From Nemertoderma westbladi (lineage: Eukaryota; Animalia; Xenacoelomorpha), in NCBI GenBank assembly GCA_032718475.1, contig JAUCBJ010004952.1, forward strand, positions 1 to 34,069: a DNA stretch of 34,069 nucleotides, given 5' to 3'. Under the pieces are notes generated by a model that did no database searches, was not told the origin of the DNA, and was given only the letters and a program-made list of their open reading frames with translations. Shown here piece by piece: positions 11,976 to 22,330 of this stretch (positions are counted from its first letter, which is position 1; every line of letters begins with the position of its first letter). A program made the position numbers and the translations under genes.

Positions 11976-13232
11976 GTGTCCTCCTATACTCCTAATAAAA
12001 CTACCATGTCTGTTTCCCGTGACCTGGTCTGCGGGACTGTAAGGAAATCTTCGATTCTGCCGTCACCACGCGTTGCGGCTTCCAGTATTTCCGTTCAGGG
12101 TACCGGCGACGCATGCGGTGTGACATCGGTGGAATCTCGGGTTCTCCTTCTCGGTTCGTCTACTGTCGATCTGTCCGGGTCGCACGAGTCATAGTCGGTA
12201 GGTGGGTGTCGAGTCGAATGTGGTGTGTCACTCATGTCTTATTATATACGTCAAGTACGGGTAATAAAATGTCAAAGTATCAGAATGTCGAAATGTCAAA
12301 ATGTCGAAATGTCAAAATGTCAAACTTACCTTGATATATATATCATATATATATACCCTAACCAGTACAAATAAAATTAAAGTGTATAATAAAATATGTA
12401 ATAATCTAGCCTACCGGCTAAATTTGTACGAACAAGTGAGATAACGGTATACGTCACCAAAATGTAGATCAACAAGTACAAATAATAGGCAAAACAGCAA
12501 CGTCTAATGGGAAATAAGTACCAACAACACTACTAATTAGACAGTGAAACCCACAAATTTTGAGTACTACTGTGCTCTTAAGTTTGAACGACACGAGTCG
12601 TAAAACTTACGCTCCTTTGATCTTCCAGTCGTGCAAATTCTCAAATACAAACCGGACGTGGGTCGTTCCGTTTTTCGGCGTCGCGGATGAATTTTGTGTC
12701 TCCCAAACTTTGCAAAAAGCGGTCTAATCCCTCGAAGCGCTCCAGAAACGAGTCCTTGAGTCCTGAAAAGTCGAAGGTGAGAGTTTTACTTCTACTCTAC
12801 GAAAAATCTTCCTAGGTACCGATACAACTTGGTCTTTAAACCCTATGTACCTTTTCAAGTACCGAAAGTAACACCGCACACACACAGCGTAAAACAAATT
12901 GCTATAGACTAACTATTAGCTAGTCAAATATTAAATACGAAACTACTAGCTACCCTAAAGGCCTACTGGCAGGGGACATTCTACAAATTACTAACTTTAC
13001 TAATTTTAAATTGTAAATATCTCCTACTTCTACAATAGCTAACAGTATATAGTTATATATTCCTTACTGTAAAGTGCGCACGCACTTTTCAGAGTGCAAT
13101 ACTAAACAATACTATACTCTAATTTATATAATATTTCACAGTATCTCTTACTTTGAGATCCTCTACGGTAAGAACTATCCCACGGCCTACAAATCTACTA
13201 ATATGAAGCTATAGAATATCTCTTACTGTAAA

Positions 13233-15313
13233 GTCCAGTAGTATACCACTTACCAGATCCTAGTAACAATGTATCTTACAGTAAGATCCAGTAATGTATA
13301 CGGGCTCGTACAGTATCTGACAACAAATCCCAGTCCAGGGTATCTAATCAAACAGATACAATACACAAACGACTACTGGCGAGGAGCAGAGCCTAGTGTC
13401 TATTCTATGTACGTGAGCGGGTCTAATGCCTACGGACTAGACAAAAGGAAACCTGTCCTCTAACCGGTGAGGCAGATGTACAGTTACATTAACATACCAA
13501 ACTCACGGGAAAACAATCCCCGCGCAGCGAATCCTAACTATCGCTGACAGTCCTAAATACCGTAACTTGCCGCGGTGTGATTTATATGGTTTATATACGA
13601 GCTAGGGGGTTAACAGACCTAGCGTAACAATACTGATCCCGTATTAAATCAGTCTAAAGGGGGTCGTGCCTAATGTAACAATACCGCTGCTCAGACAAAC
13701 AACAGTTTAATAACGAAATGAATACTCCCTTTTTGCCGTAACTAAATATCATATCCTAAATTTACAAACTACGAATAGTAAATTACAGATAAATTCTGCC
13801 TAAAAGTAATCTAAAGTGCGCTATAACTAGTAGAACTCTAAGGGTAAATATGTTTTAGGGCGTGTGTGTGTGGGTGTGTTGCAATAAAACAATTTTGGTG
13901 TATCTCATTTTACTAGGTTTCAGTGATTTTCTGACCAAAACAATACCGTGCGCTAGCTACGAAAATAAGCTAGTCGCGCTCTGTAGAACTTTATACTTAC
14001 AAATGACGTCAAAGCTCTCTCCTTCCTATCCACAACTCAACCGGGCAATTACGGTGTTAGTAACTACACCCGTGATCGGCACAAATACCAGATTCTGGTT
14101 GTAAGATAAGAAATAGGGGTTAATTGCTACCGTACGTTAGCTGATCTGGTATACAAATTTGATTCTAGAATTTTGTTGCCACGGTGGCTAGCAGCAATAC
14201 CTATCAGTACGTGGCAAGGCGCGGTAGGATATTAATAAACCTCCCTAGGCCAAGCGAAGTGCCGATAGCAGAAATACTCCTTGCCTGATCAAATAACTAA
14301 GGTTCAGACAGGGGGGGGGGGGTACTAATGTATATTCTACAAAGCAAACCGGTACCGAACTGTCAGTATTGCGAATCACTAAATTATGGAACATATGCTG
14401 TCTGTACCTAATATGTACTCGCGTACTGACGAACGGCAATAGTTCACACCTGTAAGAGATACAGGTTAACCCAGGGATTTGCAGTACAGGGTCCTGACTG
14501 AATCTAGCTATCTGATCCTAAATTTTGCGGCGTCTCAGGACGGCGTCACGCTTACCCTGATCTATAGGTCTTACGTCGGGCAAGGGCGTCAAACAAAGTC
14601 TTACCTTCCTCGGAAATCGGGCGCTGCATGGCAAGTGGAGTATTTCGAAGGGGCGAAGGGGGTGCGCGGTCTAATCTAATGTGGGCGCTAGCGTGTTGTG
14701 GACATCTTCCCTGCGTTGCTGACGGTCTAACGGTCTAGGCGGCCATCCTCCCAATGCTTGGCTGTCCCAATGGTGGACAATTAGAAATATACATGTTCAA
14801 AAGTTTACAGTATATTTACGTAATTTACAAAGATTTATCAACCTGAATAAAGAGTGATAGTGAGAGATAAGTTAACAAGAGTGATAGTGAGAGATAAGTT
14901 AACAAGAGTGATAACCGAAGGCAAACCAGCCTATCTGGGACATGAATCCGCTAGAACCTTCCAGAGCATTCCATGGCCTTACATTGGAGCAATAAGATGT
15001 TCCATGCCCTATGATTGGCCCAACTCATCGTTCCATACGTTGTACGCACCTCATTGGTTTATCAAATTAGATCAAATGAAAATAAATTGCCCAAAAATGC
15101 AAATTTCCCGACTGGGATTCGAACTCGTAACCTATCTGTAATGTAACCAACGCCTTAACCATCTGACCACTGCGCCATTAGAGTTACCTACGGGTTTATG
15201 TGTACCAATATGAATAGGCATATTACATTACTGTAATTTAATCAAAATGCGTCGGATTTTAGAAAGTTTTTACGTTAAACTACAAATGCTACTTTATAGT
15301 GAAATAATCCATC
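13233..15313. repeat. ~2.1-kb non-coding interspersed repeat, copy 1 (LTR-like or 5' leader of the unclassified element)
   Basis: Colinear, same-orientation match to 30855-33120 from gtccagtagtatacc to tagtgaaataat, with many substitutions and indels. Confidence 0.9.
15104..15176 (-). other. tRNA-derived Pol III head (SINE-like or pseudo-tRNA) inside the long repeat
   Basis: Minus strand reads ggcgcagtggtcagatggttaaggcg...gagttcgaatcccagtcggga: A box TGGTCAGATGG and B box GAGTTCGAATC. The acceptor stem does not pair well. Confidence 0.65.
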
Positions 15314-15399
15314 AAAAATAATAATCTATAATGAATTTAATAAATAGGAATTTGAATTGAATTGGCATTACTAACATAAACAATAACATTATAAATTAA

Positions 15400-15845
15400 G
15401 AGAAAACAATAAACGATTACTTTTACAAATTGAGGGAAAGGATCAGGTTACAGAGGCAGGCTTTTCTAACCAAAAGAATAAGCAGTCGTAAGTGACTGGG
15501 AAATGAGCAATTGAGGGAAAGGAGCGGGTTGCAGAGGGGGGATTTTCTAACCAAAACAACAAGCCGAAGAGCAGGTTACAGAAAAGGGCTTTTCTAACCA
15601 AAACAATAAACGACCACTTTACCAATTGAGGGAAAGGAACAGGTGACAGAGGCATGCTTTTCTAACCAAAACATTAAACGGTCACTTTACCAATTTGGGA
15701 AAAGAGCAGATTACATGGATTTTCTAACAAAAACAATAAACGATCACTTTAACAATTAAAAGAAAGGAAAAGGTTACAGAGGCGGGATTTTCTAACCAAA
15801 GCAATAAACGATCATTTACCAATTGAGGGAAAGGATCAGTTTACG
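15400..15845. repeat. Minisatellite, ~60-bp unit, about 7-8 diverged copies
   Basis: Repeated ttttctaaccaaaacaataaacgatcactttaccaattgagggaaagga.caggttacagagg. Isolated related units occur near 27710-27770 and 30690-30740. Confidence 0.88.
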
Positions 15846-16017
15846 GCGGCATATTTTTATTTATATTTGTATACAGTAGTTCTTTAAAAACATAAATACC
15901 ACGTTCACGGTAAATTTTTTATTCTGGAAAATAAATAGTATTAGTATTAAATAAATAGTAAACAGTATTTCCTTGTATTTATGATTTACGATCACTACTA
16001 TCATTGTACTTAAGTTA

Positions 16018-16125
16018 TTCCACCTTGGCGTACTGTAGTTGGTTAAATCGGTGGCATTGAATTCACATCTCTCCTTGAGTCGTGGGTTCGATCCCAACAT
16101 GGGGGTAGGGTAGTTTTCGTTTCGG
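16018..16125 (+). mobile_element. tRNA-derived SINE head
   Basis: ttccaccttggcgta..gttggtt..tgaattcacatctc..gggttcgatccc..agttttcgttt; a related copy lies at 17691-17780 on the minus strand. Confidence 0.65.
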
Positions 16126-16700
16126 CACGAATACTTTAAAGACAATAAAGATATTTATTAGCCAGGGCGCATCTCTTCCTTCCGTAAATAGTAGCTAAAT
16201 GAGTACTGGAGTTTCCTCTGGGTAATAAACACTGGGGGACCGCACTGGAAACAATTATTGAAACTTTGTGCGTAATCACTGGTCTAACGGACGATTTTTT
16301 AGTATAACAATCCATCATTAGGACACTCGTTTCAAGAAATCTTGGAGAACTATACCATCTTGGTCAGTAATTTCTGTCATCTGTGATATATTCCGTTTGG
16401 CCCTTTCGGCACCAGAAATGTGAGTATTACTGTAGACGTAAGAGACAGGACTAAACGGACGCAATGAAGAATGTCGTACATTACGATGATGTAAGTGAAT
16501 ACGTTCGAATGTACTGTCAATGGACACTTGTCAAACTAAAAGGAGCTGAATACTTCCAGTTTACATAGTGATGAATAATGTATACAAAGCAGAATGATTC
16601 TTACCTAACCTACCGCATCATAGTGAGTCCGTAACGAAGAATGTGTGAGTCCGTAACGCTGTTCTTAAACGTTTCAGCTGCAATACAGAACATAGAGACC

Positions 16701-17143
16701 AGTAGTAGGGTCTTGGTCCTCTCGGCGACAGTTAGACCTAACTGACACCCATTGGGTGTCATATGACACCCAATTATCACCCTATGGGTGTCATTGGGTG
16801 TCATTGGCGCCAGACTGTCTGGGTGACACCTCCCAATTAGGCTAATTAGACCCTAATTGACAGGTGTCATCAATTAATTAGTACAATTAAACCCTAACAG
16901 GTGTCATATGACTCCTAATTAGGGTTTAATTGATTATCCTAATTAATCAGACTGATTAGTGCCCTGACACACAATGGGTCATCAGTGATGTCTAACTGTC
17001 GCCGAGAGGAGCAAGAGGGTGTCATAAGTGACACCGCAGCTCTTTTATTCATTAATACTTATTTATTTATATTTAATTTTAATTAATTATTTGCATTTTA
17101 TTTTATTCGTATTTATTCATTTGTACTTTATACATTGATTTCT
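16701..17143 (+). repeat. Left TIR of the mini-Polinton
   Basis: Near-perfect reverse complement of the right end over ~390 bp, degenerating in the AT-rich inner part. Rich in TGACAC/GTGTCA and TAATTA motifs. Confidence 0.95.
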
Positions 17144-17337
17144 TAGCCATACTTAGACATAGGGTATACAGCTCCCTTACTGGTAACTAATTACTCCAGA
17201 CAGCTTTATCGTTGACCTTTGACCCCCAATTAGCTTTAACCAAGCAACAGCATATTAATGATAGTTGTATCCAAGCGCCCCCGCCCCCACCCCGTGACCG
17301 CTCTGATTACTAATTACTGTTACCTATATCCAACCGC

Positions 17338-17601
17338 CTGCAGTTCCATAGTCTGCCGCTAGAGGGCGTATTGTTTAAAAATTAACATCTTCTCTAGCTT
17401 TGTTATTTACAATCCGCAAAACCATGAAGTTATATTGCTTAAGAGTTCTAAGGGGCGAGCCATGAGGCAAGATGTTTGAGGCTTATTTAGATATATTATT
17501 ACTTAATTTGACCCCCCAATCGGCATCTATTACGGCATAGGCTATATCTTTTGCAGGGTCACAGAGTAGTCTGAAGTTCCCCAGTCTGCCGCTAGAGGGC
17601 G
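17338..17601 (+). promoter_or_regulatory. Two extended CTCF-like motifs (17338-17368 and 17571-17601)
   Basis: ctgcagttcc-atagtc-tgccgctagagggcg and ctgaagttcc-ccagtc-tgccgctagagggcg: a core resembling CCASYAGRKGGC plus the upstream TGCAGTnCC module at the usual spacing. Confidence 0.55.
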
Positions 17602-17690
17602 AAATGTCTTAAAGTGAAAACCATACGGTAGCCATGAATTGGTTACTAGGCAATAATACTGCATTTTGCAACGTTAGGCCTATTGCTAAC

Positions 17691-17780
17691 CAAACGAAAA
17701 CTGCCCTGGTTCATGCGGGGATCGAACCCATGACATACGGGAGATGTGAATTCAACGCAACCACTACACCAAGGTGGAAC
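17691..17780 (-). mobile_element. tRNA-derived SINE head inside the mini-Polinton
   Basis: Minus strand reads gttccaccttggtgtagtggttgcgttgaattcacatctcccgtatgtcatgggttcgatccccgc..agttttcgttt; same family as 16018-16125. Confidence 0.65.
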
Positions 17781-17859
17781 AGTAACCTTCGAATTTGTTC
17801 GTTGACGTTCGAATTTGTAAGACTCACATTTAAGACCTGACACAGACTATGCCTCACTG

Positions 17860-17936
17860 AGGCACTGAGGCATAGACTATGACTCACTGAGGCATAGTCT
17901 ATGCCTCAGTGAGTCATAGTCTATGCCTCAGTGCCT
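17860..17936. repeat. Perfect 77-bp palindrome (38-bp arms, 1-nt centre)
   Basis: aggcactgaggcatagactatgactcactgaggcatag-t-ctatgcctcagtgagtcatagtctatgcctcagtgcct. Confidence 0.95.
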
Positions 17937-18294
17937 AACGCCCTGATTTACAACAAACTGAAGCCTCTAGAACAAAAACTGGGTTGCCAGATTCGCTGTC
18001 TAGTCGGTGATACGGACGGATTCTCTAATGCTAAGCGTAACTAATACACCACAGCTAACCTTTCAGATGCGAGTACAGTGGTAAAGCCCATCCATAGTGA
18101 GATAACGTTGCACTAGCTCTCAAGGATAGTTATACTCACCATTCAAATATCCCTCGCAAACAACATCTAAAGTATTCCACTTCAATGAAAAATATATAAT
18201 GCAATATAACTCGAATATTTCTGTTTTTATAATATAAATAATAATTGTAGCATAAATTTATCATTTAACATAAATATAATGTGAAAATTCACTT

Positions 18295-18825
18295 TAACAT
18301 AGAGTAACTAAACTAAACACAAAATAGGATAAACAGATGGTCACGGGTTCAATCCCTACTCCGCGACCAATATAAAACCAACACAAAATAAGTTAAACAT
18401 AGAATAACTAGAGTACCTAAACTAAACATAAAATAGGATAAACAGGTGGTCACATGTTCGATCCCTAGTCATATCCCGTTTTATGGAAAATAAACAGGAG
18501 GTCATAGGTTCAATCCCTACTCGCGACCAATATACAACCAACACAAAATAAGTTAAACATAAAATAACTAGAGTACCTAAACTAAACATAAATTAGGAAA
18601 AACATATGCTCACAGGTTCGATCCCTATTCATATCCCGTTTTATGGAAAATAAACAGAAGGTCATGGGTTCAATCCCTACTCGCGACCATTATAAAACCA
18701 ACACAAAATAAGTTAAACCAGGGTTCGAGTCCTACTAATGCAATTATAAAAAGTAGGTAACACGGATGGTCATGGATTCAAACCCTACTCACGGAAAAAT
18801 AAAAACCAACACAAAATAAATAATA
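18295..18825 (+). repeat. Tandem array (~160-bp higher-order unit) containing seven Pol III B-box/tRNA T-arm-like motifs
   Basis: (G/T)GTTCRATCCC at 18346, 18455, 18507, 18615 and 18667, GGTTCGAGTCC at 18722 and a degenerate copy at ~18774. Several are followed by tactc(c)gcgacca, resembling a tRNA 3' half. Confidence 0.8.
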
Positions 18826-18858
18826 TAGTAAACTTTCATGTATACCATAGTAAATAAA

Positions 18859-19374
18859 CTAATTTAATAATAAAGTTTGTAAAATAGATAATGAAACGGG
18901 GAATTCACCGGCAGGACACATGGAAACAATTTTATTACTATGAAATACACTGAAATATGCACGTCCTATATATATTCTAATCGCGCAAAATAATTCAGGG
19001 GTATAGCTAATAAATATTGCTTTATTATTAATTGTATGATGTCCACATTTTTTCATTAATAATTTAAAATTAACACTTGGAAAAATAATAGTTCGTGTTT
19101 CGGTATTAAGTTTCAAATTTTGTAATTGCATACCGATAGTTTGTTTTAAATAAAGCAATTCACTAGCTAAATTATTGCACAGGCCTACAATTGTTACTGC
19201 GCCGCTGGGAAATAGCATTATAGTTGAATCGTCACCTTTGTAGATAAACATGTTTGGTTTTAAGCATCTTTGACCTGTAATTTGCTGTGAAATTTTCTCT
19301 AGTTCAAATTTGGCAATGTTTTTTCCGGTAAACTGTTTATTGGTTAATTCTATTTTGATGCTCAATTTCTTATT
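18859..19374 (-). CDS. Divergent TATA-box-binding-protein-like protein (both TBP repeats), probably a spliced 3' exon
   Basis: [21 protein letters not shown] resembles [35 protein letters not shown] resembles [39 protein letters not shown] resembles SYEPELFPGLIYR..VLLIFVSGKVV. The ~170-aa length equals a TBP core. There is no ATG at the start, and the frame opens right after TTTCTAG at 19375. Confidence 0.78.
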   Translation of the reverse strand, partial: [171 protein letters not shown]

Positions 19375-19394
19375 CTAGAAATTAAAATTAAATC

Positions 19395-20231
19395 CTATTG
19401 ACCCGTTAAATAGGGGTTGCGTTGGGAACATGCAATCTCAATAGTTATTCGCTCGATGGCTATTATGCGCCAACCCGAGCCGAGGCAGAGAAACACGCTT
19501 AACAGTTGATCGATGCGATTGACGGCGCTAGAAAACCAGTTATTAAAGTCGCTATTATTTAGAATTTGATTATTGTTACCGCTAGATTTAAAACAGAATG
19601 ATTCAATTTGAAAACCCTCGCTGGTTTCACGCTCCATTACGATATTGATTGTAAGCCAGACTCTTAAAAAAGTTCCCATGGCACTACGTAAATGGCTACT
19701 AACGTGTTCTTGAATGTGTGGAAAATTTTCGTTTAATGTTAATTCTGCGTCGAGTCTTGTTTCTGCGAGGTCGTTGTTATAGCTAAACAGTCGTCCGTGT
19801 GCGCTTCCGTTGGAGGGGGGTTGAAATGGATTGTTTGGGGAAAAAGAATCTCGTGAAGTTGAAGGTTCATTATTGGAGCCGCCGCCGCCGACTTGTTCTG
19901 GAGTAGAGTTGATGGGGGATGAGTGGGAGGTAGTCGGAGTTTTGCGTTTCCGCAAAAAAAGTCGAGTGTAGCATTCATGCTCAGAAAAGGATGATAGGGT
20001 GAGCGAATCCCCGCAGCGGCAATCGGCTGGCTCGTTTACGTAACTAAATCCTGTTCCCCCCTGAGGACACGAAACAAGATGGCCAACCAGCGTCTTCTTT
20101 TCCAAGGACCAAGTCGGGCAACAGTCGCATCTATATTGCGCGAAATGAATTTTAATATGTGATTTTAGATTATCACTCCGCATCTATTTGTCGCAGATGG
20201 GGCAGCTAACTTTATTGGTAGACATAGGCAT
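19395..20231 (-). CDS. C2H2-type zinc-finger protein with a C-terminal GSGW domain resembling the N-terminal region of Polinton-type PolB; one in-frame TAG in the first finger
   Basis: Extending track ORF 19395-20183 upstream gives MPMSTNKVSCPICDK*MRSDNLKSHIKIH. Further Cys/His clusters follow (CDCC..HLVSC, CRCG..HEC), then a low-complexity linker, then FCFKS..AVNRIDQLLSVFLCLGSGWRIIAIERITIEI..NPYLTGQ*. Confidence 0.62.
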
Positions 20232-20757
20232 CTTGAATCTAGAAAAATACGTTGATTATTTATAAAAAGATAAAAAATACTGTATACTTGGTAAAAATAA
20301 AGTAAAACAGTAGGTATTAATCGGTTACTAGGCAACAATACTGTGTTTGTACAGTTAGGCCTATTGCTGTATTGTAACAATCAGTCGGTGAAACATAAAG
20401 CAGGCAGTCGGCAGTATCTAGTGCAGTAGTGTTAGTGAACCAGCGGTTAGATAGTGGCGATAACCAAGACACAAAAGCGATGCCAGTTATTATTCGTGGA
20501 AAGAGGGTCTATAAACAACAGTCATCAGTCAGTCAGTGCAGTAGTGCTAGTGATATAGTCTGCTATAAGTGATAAGTCAGATGTACCGGTAGCGTTAACC
20601 AATACAAATCAACGATAGGCCTAGCTAATCGCTGTATGAGAACTCAGTTAGTCAGTAGGATATATAGTGAAAACTGCAGTAATCATTGTTGTTCAGTAGG
20701 ATCTAGGCTAACTCGAATGATGCGGTACCGGTAGTCAGGTAGACAAGCAGATAGACA

Positions 20758-21535
20758 GATGTAGGCCTATTGATCGAATGCTTCGATCACGGTTTAGGCT
20801 ATCGGTATCACCGCAGTCTGACAGTAATTAATAATGAGCCTACTGCAATACTGTTGTACCGGTAGACATTAAAGGTAAATTGTTTGCTAGCGGCGTCGAT
20901 AGTACAGTCAGATGGTGGAAGGGAAGGCAGATTTTACTTACGGTGTTAGTAAATATTCACGGAAAGAAGAAGATTGTAAGTTCGTGAAGAAGTTGGTTGA
21001 CGTGGACGATGAGAGAATTTATTTACCGATAGAACGGAATGGTATCGGAAATTAGAAATAATGGAATATTACGCGGCGGATATGCGGAAAGTTTGTTGTC
21101 GACGATGAGCGATAGCGCGGCGAAATGATACTAGAAAAATAAGATGATTATTTGTAAAAAGAAAAAATATTGTAAGCAGATAGGCGGATGTAGGCCTATT
21201 GATCGAATGCTTCGATCACGGTTTAGGCTATCGGTACCACCGCAGTCTGACAGTAATTAATAATGAGCCTACTGCAATACTGTTGTATCGGTAGATAATA
21301 AATGTAAATTGTTTGCTAGCGGCGTCGATGGAGATGGTGGAAGGCAGATTTTACTTACGGTATTAGTAAATATTCACGGAAAGATGAAGTTCAGAAGTTC
21401 GTGAGGAAGTTGGTTGACGTGGACGACGAGAGAGTTTATCAACCGATAGAACGGAATGGTATCGGAAGAATATTACGCGGCGGATACGCGGAAAGTTTGT
21501 TGTCGACGATGAGCGATAACGCGGCGAAATGACAA
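20758..21535. repeat. Diverged ~430-bp tandem duplication inside the mini-Polinton
   Basis: gatgtaggcctattgatcgaatgcttcgatcacggtttaggctatcggta... starts at ~20758 and ~21187, and both copies run to gacgatgagcgata.cgcggcgaaatga. Confidence 0.92.
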
Positions 21536-21731
21536 TAATACAACTATACAACTGGATAGTTGACTGACGATAACAAATAAATATTCTTAAATAAATAATA
21601 TTAAATTCGAAAACAAAATAATGGTAAATGATGTTAATTGTAACTTGCAATTGAAATAATGACCTAATATATTGGTGGGGACGTATTAAATAGCAATTCG
21701 GTTAGTAAGGGAGGCCCTTGTCTCTTAAATG

Positions 21732-21776
21732 AGCCAATCAGAACGCAGCAGTAGAAATGAAGCCCGCTGATTGGCT
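21732..21776. promoter_or_regulatory. Inverted pair of CCAAT boxes; candidate promoter for the minus-strand transcript of the element
   Basis: agccaatcag (21732-21741) and ctgattggct (21767-21776) lie upstream of both minus-strand ORFs. Confidence 0.4.
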
Positions 21777-22330
21777 GTTCATGCATAAGCGGTTACCAGG
21801 GCAACTTCTCGTGTTGATGTATCTATTAGAAAACCCTGTAGGCATCTTGACTAATTATGTTGAGTTGGCTGTATAACAGAAGCAAGTCTGGTGCAAAGGA
21901 AAGGGATTAGTAGAGAGGAATGCGTGATTAGAGGCGCTTCATTGTTATGATACGGGCTGCCTGGATATAGGAAAGGGACAAAGCGACGCCGGCTATAGTG
22001 GGAACAATGGAGGGCCGCTGGAACATTAGCCTTGAGCGATATACGGATTTGCTGTAGTCAAAGCCGCATTGGGATTATTAGTGAGTCATCGAGGGGGCTG
22101 CTAACAGTCGGGACCGCTGATTTATATTTGCCTTGGGGGTATACGTATAGAAGATTCACTGCCTGTTGTATCTAGTTAATGAATAGCGACGGCGAGGAGG
22201 GGTCCCCGCCGATGAACGTAGTTGATAGTTGCCAGTAGGGAGCCGTATACCATAGCCATTATAAAGTTAATTATAGACATTATGTCATAGTGATCTCGTT
22301 GGTAATATAAAAACTAATTAATCTAAAAAT

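Noticed and set aside
12445-12470. LTR end plus primer-binding site (minus strand ctaca-ttt-tggtgacg)
   Set aside because: The match to a tRNA 3' end is only ~7 nt and no partner LTR boundary was found; insufficient support.
15104-15176. Functional tRNA gene (also 16018, 17691, 32907)
   Set aside because: A and B boxes are present but the acceptor and anticodon stems do not pair convincingly; treated as SINE-like heads.
16136-16804. Short ORFs left of the Polinton
   Set aside because: No recognisable motifs; one runs into the TIR.
18295-18825. CRISPR array or true tRNA gene cluster
   Set aside because: The spacers are themselves repeated, there are no cas genes and the context is eukaryotic. 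The motifs lack D-arm/A-box halves, so they are not complete tRNAs.
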